From positions 1,178,001 through 1,242,000 of the forward strand of contig OZ037837.1 of assembly GCA_964035575.1 (NCBI GenBank): a stretch of DNA of 64,000 bases, in the 5' to 3' direction. The DNA is from Rhynchopus sp. YZ270_cl-10. Its lineage: Eukaryota. Below are positions 56,609 to 64,000 of this stretch, in pieces. The notes under the pieces were generated by a model. It had not been told where the DNA came from. It saw only the letters and a list, made by a program, of their open reading frames with translations, and searched no databases. The number at the start of each line of letters is the position of its first letter. Position 1 is the first letter of the stretch. Both the position numbers and the translations under genes were made by a program.

Positions 56609-59600
56609 TGAAATTCGCGCCAATTAGCGTTTTTTTCCACAGGGGGGACCCTTTGGTCGTCGAAATTCCCCAGCCAAAATTGGTCACAAAATCGGCCGAT
56701 TTTTCAAAAATCTCAAAAAAAAATTTTTTTTTTTTTTTTTTTTCACAAGTGCTTTTGAGGCCTGCTCACTACACCCTAGGCACCCTTCTGAGACCAAAAA
56801 GTCCAAAAAAGCAAGAATTGGGCTGTTTTGAGCATCTAGAGTTTATTCCCCAGCCATTTTCTGCACCACCAGTGCACTTTGTATGGGCCAGCGCCTTGTC
56901 AAAAAATCGAAAAATCTCAAAAAAAAAATTTTTTTTTTCGGGAAAATTTCGACCACTGAGGTGGGTCTTTGGGCACCAAAAAATGCAAAAAAATGCAAAA
57001 ATCGGGTGTTTTGACCATCTGTGGTTACACAAAACACACTTCTGTGTACAAGCCTACACCAATACAGTGGTAATACAAGGCGATTTGTACTCAGGTAGCT
57101 ACGTAGCCTTCAGGGAGGCAATCGTGTGCTAATACAGAAAGTATCAGTCAAGGCTGTCCTTACAGACGCATGCCAAAGCGGCCGCCACATGGGTGGGGAC
57201 TTTAGATTGAAGTTTCATCATTGTACTAGCCCAGGGAGGGTTCCCGGCTACCGGCGAGGTCTCTTCCAATCCGTTCCCTAGTTTCCTAGGGGGGCCTCCT
57301 TGGCTTCACTGGCTAGGGCTCTGCAGGTCCCTCCACACATGTTGTGTGCCTGCCTTCAGCACCCAGGGTAGCATACCCAGCACCTTTTACCCTCAGGTCA
57401 GACCTTCATAGAGTTTCAGGAGGAGTGCCACAAAAGGGCCCCCGGATGCAATTTAACGTCCAGCCCAGGACGTGCGATTTTTGACCAAAAAAAAATTTTT
57501 TTTTTCGCCCAAAATCGGGCGTGGTACGTCATAAAATGGCCCAAAAAATCCAAGGAAAACCTTCGATTGGGCAAATTATGAAAAAAATTTTCAAGTGAAA
57601 TTTTCAACCAAAATACGGTCATTTTGTTCACACAGTAATTCTACGTCATGCTAGCTTCCTGTGCAGAACTCCAGCAATTCACCAATGCTGGCATCTATCT
57701 TTCCATTATCGCCATTGCACTTCGGTCATTTTGTGCATACCCTGTGACTGTGGTGGCTAGAGAACACGCACATGCAGACCCGTTCCTTGCAATTTCCAGT
57801 GTTGTGTTTATCAATGCATGCATCCAGAGGACCTCTGGTTTACGAAATCGTAGGCACTCCTGTGCAAAAATGAAGTCGGTTTTTGACCCAAAATCGGGGT
57901 GGGTGGGCCATAATTTGCTCCAAATTTGGCCGAAAATTGGGATTTTTCTGAAAATTTTCATTGTGCCCAGCAAAAATCCTTGATTTTTTGAAGAATTTTC
58001 CAAAAAATATGCTATACCCCCTATGACTGGACCCAACTCCCCTCACCCTTTTTTCCCCCGAAAAAAGCCCCCCAAATTCCTAGCTTTTTTAGCGTTTTTA
58101 TTTAAAATCACTATTTTAGGGTACCTCCTTACTTATCCAATGATGGGGAGACGGCACCTAATTTATTGGTCTGGCCCTCTGGGTCTTTAGGTTTTCCGAT
58201 TCCAGCGACAAAACTGTTTTTGTTCGGGAGATTTTTTTTTTTTCTTTTTTCCGGATGGCTGACATTTCTTTTTTTTTTTTCGCGCACCCGACTACCTTCC
58301 CGTCCCCCCTCGTTGGGTTGCCAAGCCTGAACAAAATTGTCAAGCAAAAAAAAGAAGAAAAAAAAGAAAAACTGCTTCACTGTACCGTTCAGGCTTTTGT
58401 CATCCCCTCCTCACCATCCTCTCACACATTACTTTTTAGATGTGTGCACATGAGAGACACCATTCCCTTTCACATGTTTATCCTGAGATGTCTACGCGCG
58501 AGAGGCTTAGGTTCATCTTCCTTTTTTTTTTTTTTTGCCATATTTTTTTTTTTTAAATCTCCCCTCACCTCTTTACGGTGTTATTTTATTTTGTCTTCTT
58601 TTGCTGCACCTTCTCCTCCCTCTCCAGGGAGCTGGAACGTACACGAAATAATTTTTTTCCCCCCCTCTTCGTTTTTCATTTTCATTTTTCATTTTTCAAA
58701 GATGATTCCCGTGCAGTGAGGGCAATGCATCTCGGTACCTTTGTTAAGTTATCGGGTATGTGGAGGCTCACGTTCATCTAATAAGAAACCTTTCATTTAT
58801 TTTTTTTGTTATTTTCCGTGCAACTCTTTTTCAGTAAAAAGCATTGTCTTTCGTTTTTTGTTTTTTGTTTTTTGTTTTTTTGTTTTGCATTTTTTTCATT
58901 CTGTAAACAAACAGCTTTCACATTAGTGACTCCCCCCCCTTCTTCTCCCCTTTCTTCCCCCCCTTCTTTATACATGAAATGTCATAAGAAACCAGACAAA
59001 AAAAAAAAGCTGCCCCATTTTTCTACCATTTGCCAGCGTTTCACCACCCCCTCTCAACCCTCTAGACGACTCGCTGCGTTCTACATAGGAAAAACAGCCC
59101 TCTGTCCAAGCTGTTACGTGAAGGATGTTAGGGGGGGTGGTGGGGCTTGACCACACAGGCGGGATGTACACCATTGCAGCATGATGGAACCACCATATGG
59201 ATCACTGCAGTGTATGACTGCTTTCATGATCTTACGCTATGTAGGACCACCGACACAAGCCGCTTGGCGCTTTGTGTACTGCTTCCAAATAGCTCCAAAG
59301 GTGGTGGTGGATATCCCATCTCTGAGTACCTCCGTGGTGACGGAGGGGATGGACGATAGAACGAACCCCGTGGTGTAGTCACCCCCCCACCCTGCCCTGT
59401 TTGTGCTGCAGGGCAGGTGCACAACACAATGGCGTCATGAGGTGCTGCCTTCAGGTGTTGTGCACCTCGTGCACTGCCATCTGCGAGGACTGTGGGGCAC
59501 CGCTTCGTGGAGCGTGCGGAGTGCTGCGGAGGACTCCTTCAACTGTTTTTATATGTAACTCACCCAACCCCTTCCAGACACCCCTGCACCCTCCCACCTC

Positions 59601-59612
59601 GAAACACACAAC

Positions 59613-61337
59613 ATGGTGTCTGACACGCAGCCCACCGCACCACAGATGCCGAGCTGTGAGAACTGTGGCGTGCCTGCACAGCTGCAGTGCGGGAACTGCA
59701 TGGAGCTGTTCTTCTGCGACACACCTGCGTGATATGACGCTTGCCACACAAGGCCACGTGACCGTGAGGCACATCGCGGTTCTGTGACTGCGTACGGGAC
59801 GTCGTCGAAGTGTGCACATCACCCAGGCCAAGAGCTGTGCCTCGTCTGTGAAGACCCTGCGTGTGGAGACGCGTTGATCTGCATGCGCTGTGACAAGTGC
59901 GACACACATGCGGGACACAAGACAGTCGACATCACGGACTACATGAAACGCCAACATGACATCCTCCACTCACACGTGTCAGACCTGACAACACAGCGGA
60001 CTGCTGCAGAGGAGAAGTGCCGTGTGCTTGAGGCACTCCCACCCACAGAGGACAGGTACAAAGACCTTCTCCTGCAGACACACGTCGGTCACCTCGTGAT
60101 GCGTGAGGATGTGTCGCGCAACGAAGTCATGTGTGAGGAGGAGGTGGCACGGAGCTTCCTCACACAGGCACTCAGTCGTGAAGGGGAGGTGTGTGCACTG
60201 AAGACGTTTGTTGCGAAGGCAGGACACATGATTGCTGAGTGCGAAGCGGTGTGCCAGCTTGGGGACGACCAGGTGCTGCGTGCGGTCACAGAGTCGCAGG
60301 CCGTTGTGCGGAACATCAACAGCATGGCAGCGAGTGGAGACCGCCACCGCCTTGTGGGTGCTGCAGACCCACACACAACGTTTTCCCTGAAGCTGCCTGT
60401 TTCGAACGTGCACGACGCCCTTGCCCAGATGTCTGCACTTGTTGTGCCTGTACTTGTGCAGGGGTTGGATGGAGTGGAACACGAGATTGAGGTGAGTGTG
60501 GATGACACGGGCAGGGACTTGCTTCGGAAGGTGGCGTCTGCAGTGGGGTTGCGTGAAGACTGCTTCGACATGACTTTCAGAGATGAAGTGATTGCAGAAG
60601 GAGAGGACGTGGTGCAGCTGAGGGGTCACAGGGTTGTTGTAACGCAGACCAGCACAGAGAGGAGGAAGCAGGATGCCATTGCAGCACTTCGTGCGTTGGG
60701 TGAGACAACACTTACAAAAGCAAGGTTGAAGCAGGTGACTGATCCGAAGGTGGCTTGCTTGCTCCTGCAGGCACAAGTTGTGACTGCGATTCCAGACAAG
60801 TTCTTCTTGAAAACTGCAGTGACGTGCATTGATCTCAGTCATGCGTCTGCTGTGACTGTGATTGGGAACGAAGTCTTTCGTCACTGCACATCTTTGACCA
60901 AAATTGATTTGAGTGGATTGCAAGCTGTCACCACGATTGGGCACTTGTTTATAGGCGAGTGCACATCATTGTCGAACGTTGATCTTAGTGGATTACAAGC
61001 TGTCACCTCGATTGGGGGATGGTTCCTCGCAGGGTGCACATCGTTGTTGACAGTTGATTTGAGTGGATTGCAAGCAGTCACCACGATTGGGAACTTGTTC
61101 CTCCACGACTGCAAATCATTGTCGACAGTTGACTTGAGGGGATTACGATCTGTCACCTCGATTGGGGACAGGTTCCTCCACGGGTGCATGTCATTGTCGA
61201 CAGTTGATCTGGGTGGATTACAAGCTGTCACCCATACTGGGGGCTTGTTCCTCGACAAGTGCCCATCATTGAAGACCTTGCATGGAAAAGACAAATGCAG
61301 CAGTGTCGTACTCAGCAAGTTACCACAGCACTTATGA
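59613..61337 (+). pseudogene. B-box/coiled-coil - Ubl - LRR fusion gene with in-frame TGA at 59730
   Basis: 59613-60430 is near-identical to 44300-45111; then Ubl (VQGLDGVEHEIEVSVDDT...RKVASAVGL) and 25-aa LRRs; the paralogue's TGC (Cys) is TGA here. Confidence 0.8.
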
Positions 61338-62146
61338 GTGAGAAGCAAGAAACGCGTTCACTTTGCAGCAGTTGGTGTTGTGCATCTTCACCCCTCGCAC
61401 TGTGTGGTCAGCTGCACGACGGCTGCTCTGCACTGTGCTGAGATGTGCTTCTTTATTATTTGTGCATTGTTCGGTGTGATCTGGTTCACGAAACCTTCAA
61501 AAATTTAACCTTTCCCCATTTTTCTGTGGCACCTCTTTTACCCTGCTCCCCTTAGGTGTAAGGCCAGTAATGTTTTACGTCACAGCGTTTCACTTCTTGT
61601 AATTGTCTACAAAAAGGAAGTTTTCAGCATACAAAGATAGACAGTATTTTTTTCTGCACTTTTTTTTGTAGTACCGTATTCGTACAAATTATTGACTGTA
61701 CTAATGTTCGACCTTTTCAGAATTTGGTTACAAATGACGACAAAATGAAATTCTTTTCCCCTTCATTTGGGTTTGTGCATATTTTATGTGAGAGCAATGT
61801 GCAAGGTTGGACCCCTGTAGTCATGATAAAAGCCATGATGCCATTGAGCGACTCATAGGCGCATGAGTGATAGACGTTGTCGCTGTGGTATCCCGCCGTC
61901 GTCAGAGGAAGGTGTATTTTTTTTTTGAAACAACTGCCTTGCAAAGGTTGTAGGGGAGGAAATGAAAACATATCTGAGTGTGCCCGAATTTTTGATGTGA
62001 GCGATGTAAACACGACACAACTTATCCACAGAAAAGTTTTTGATTTTGTCCCTACACACTCCACAAAAATTCGGTGCGATCAACGAAAAATTCTTTTTCT
62101 GATTTCGTTTCTTTCTTTATCAGACTAGCTCAAACTCAGATAACAG

Positions 62147-62193
<47 letters not shown>

Positions 62194-62335
62194 ACACAGG
62201 AGGGTGTTCAAATTTCCCGTTTTTCCCTTTTCTCCCGTTTTTCCCTTTGTCTTTGCCATTTTTTTTTCCAAAAAAAAAAAAATTTTTTTTTTTTGACGAG
62301 GCAATTTTCACTTAGGTGAAAACTTTCACTTAAGG

Positions 62336-62459
62336 TGAAAAAAAAAATTTTTTTTTCGAAAAATTTTTGGCCCCCTGGGGTGGGTCTTGGGGCACCGAAA
62401 AATGCCAAAAAACGCAAAAATCGGGTGTTTTGAGCATCTGTGGTTACACCATATACACG
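62336..62459. repeat. ~125-bp direct repeat, also at 63866-63989, diverged at ~56920-57040
   Basis: Shared GGTGGGTCTTGGGGCACCGAAAAATGC...TCGGGTGTTTTGAGCATCTGTGGTTACAC. Confidence 0.85.
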
Positions 62460-63048
62460 TCTCTGAACAAGCCTATACTATACCCAAAAGTGGCTAGGCA
62501 AGGCCGTGTTTGACCAAAAAAAAAATTTTTTTTTTTCAAAAAAACCTCAGTCCGGAAGTATCACCTCAACCGGTTACCTGCCGTAAAAGAGAGAGAGGTT
62601 ACAGAACTATTGTAAGAAATTAAAAAAAAATTCAAAAAAAAATCGAGTTTTCGTCACCTGTGGGTGGTCGTAGGATCGAAATTTGCGAAAAATTTTCACT
62701 TTTTTTTTTTGACCCAAAAAATTTTTTTTCGACAAGGCAACGGGAAAAATGACTAAGGGGAAAAGGGAAAAAAGTTTTATTTTGCCTGGACGGGGATGGG
62801 GGCGGCTTTGTCTAGATTGTTTTTATTTTGTAGTCTTTTGTTGGGTTAAGGGGATTGGCAGACAACACTGAGGACCTCCTTGGGCCACAGCTGTTGGCGT
62901 TGTCTAGCTCTACCCGGCTGTACACGGTCGGCCTGAAAACAGGTCCGAATCTAGGCTATGTGAACGAAATAAAAATAGCCAAAAAAGAAGGAGAAAGGGA
63001 AGAAGGGGGGGGGAGAGGGGAGAAAAAGTAAAAAGAAGTCTCTAAAGT

Positions 63049-63846
63049 CTATGCGGCGGAGCGAAGGCGCGTCTGCACAAGACTCCTCAGGCGATTGCAC
63101 AGCGTCGACGCCTTCCTCAGCTCCTCCTGACTCAACATCGGCCTCACTGCAGTCCTCCACCGCCCACAGTACTCGAAAGCCTCCGCCGCCGTCATAGAGT
63201 CCCCGCCTTGGGAGCTGAAATGAGTGGTAGTGGGATAGAACAACCCCTCCCACTCATCCGCGGTCTCTGGAATAGGCAAGTCAAACCCGGGGCAGGGCGC
63301 TATGTCATTCCATACCGGCACAGGGTTCGGGAGGGCTGGTGGTGCGGATTGGTAGCCACTCTCCGATGGTGTGTCTGTGCTGGGGACCGAGGTTGCGCCA
63401 GGCAAGGGAACTGCGTGCTGGGACCCGCCAAGGAGGTCCGCGGAGTACGCACTGTCTTGCGAGGCGACGTGTGGCTGCTCACTCGTGTCAGCGTGAGAGT
63501 GAGCTGCCTCAGAGGACGTGTATACGGGGAGGGCTGGGGTGGTGTTTGAATAGCCACTCTCCGTATGGGTCCTTGATGGCTGCGCCTGCGACGTAGCGAC
63601 CTGCGGAACAGCGTGAGGCTGCTCTCTCGTGCTGGTGGATGAGGGAACAGCCACATCAGACGCGGGTACGGGGAGGGCTGCGTGGGTGTTGTAATAGCCA
63701 CTCTCCGTATTTGTCTGATGCTGCTGAGACTCGTCCGATGCAGAGTGCGCCTGCGACGAAGTGCCAGGTTGGACAGGGGTCTGCACGACCTGGGGCGCGT
63801 GGGAATTTTGAGGATCCTCTATTTTGAGGATCGTTTTCACAGTCAC
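63049..63846 (-). CDS. Hypothetical protein fragment with three ESGY..PALP repeats, between direct repeats
   Basis: 265-codon open frame, GC-rich versus its flanks, with repeats preserved in frame; no ATG start seen, so it may be an exon or remnant. Confidence 0.4.
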   Translation of the reverse strand: MTVKTILKIEDPQNSHAPQVVQTPVQPGTSSQAHSASDESQQHQTNTESGYYNTHAALPVPASDVAVPSSTSTREQPHAVPQVATSQAQPSRTHTESGYSNTTPALPVYTSSEAAHSHADTSEQPHVASQDSAYSADLLGGSQHAVPLPGATSVPSTDTPSESGYQSAPPALPNPVPVWNDIAPCPGFDLPIPETADEWEGLFYPTTTHFSSQGGDSMTAAEAFEYCGRWRTAVRPMLSQEELRKASTLCNRLRSLVQTRLRSAA

Positions 63847-64000
63847 ATTTTACCTTAGCAAAATCTGAAAAAAAAAATTTTTTTTTCGAAAAATTTTTAG
63901 ACCCCTGGGGTGGGTCTTGGGGCACCGAAAAATGCAAAAAAACGTAAAAATCGGGTGTTTTGAGCATCTGTGGTTACACCATATACACGCCTGTAACTCC

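Overview
Eukaryotic nuclear DNA, most likely a euglenozoan protist (diplonemid-like). This is inferred from all well-supported genes lying on the + strand, GT-AG introns with a GTATG donor, and a short euglenozoan-style 28S rDNA fragment. Housekeeping-type genes: a 7-exon TPR/Mlp1-like nuclear-basket coiled-coil protein, guanine deaminase, a PPR-like protein with a probable mitochondrial presequence, a type I membrane protein and two identical SnoaL/NTF2-like genes. Mixed with these is an immunity-like, domain-shuffled set: an N-myristoylated ANK-ADP-ribosyltransferase-NACHT-pentapeptide-WD40 (NLR-like) protein, a ubiquitin-like+LRR family with different C-terminal targeting tails, TRIM-like B-box/coiled-coil genes with swapped C-terminal modules, and an ankyrin protein. 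Mobile DNA: a 5.1 kb LINE interrupting one Ubl-LRR gene, three nested hAT-type elements, several MITEs and a four-arm element whose minus strand looks tuned to fold as single-stranded DNA. There are also about nine families of short repeats, all seen only on the + strand. A conserved ~100 nt hairpin sits about 320-410 nt upstream of the start codons of unrelated genes. All family assignments come from motif reading by eye; no database searches were run.
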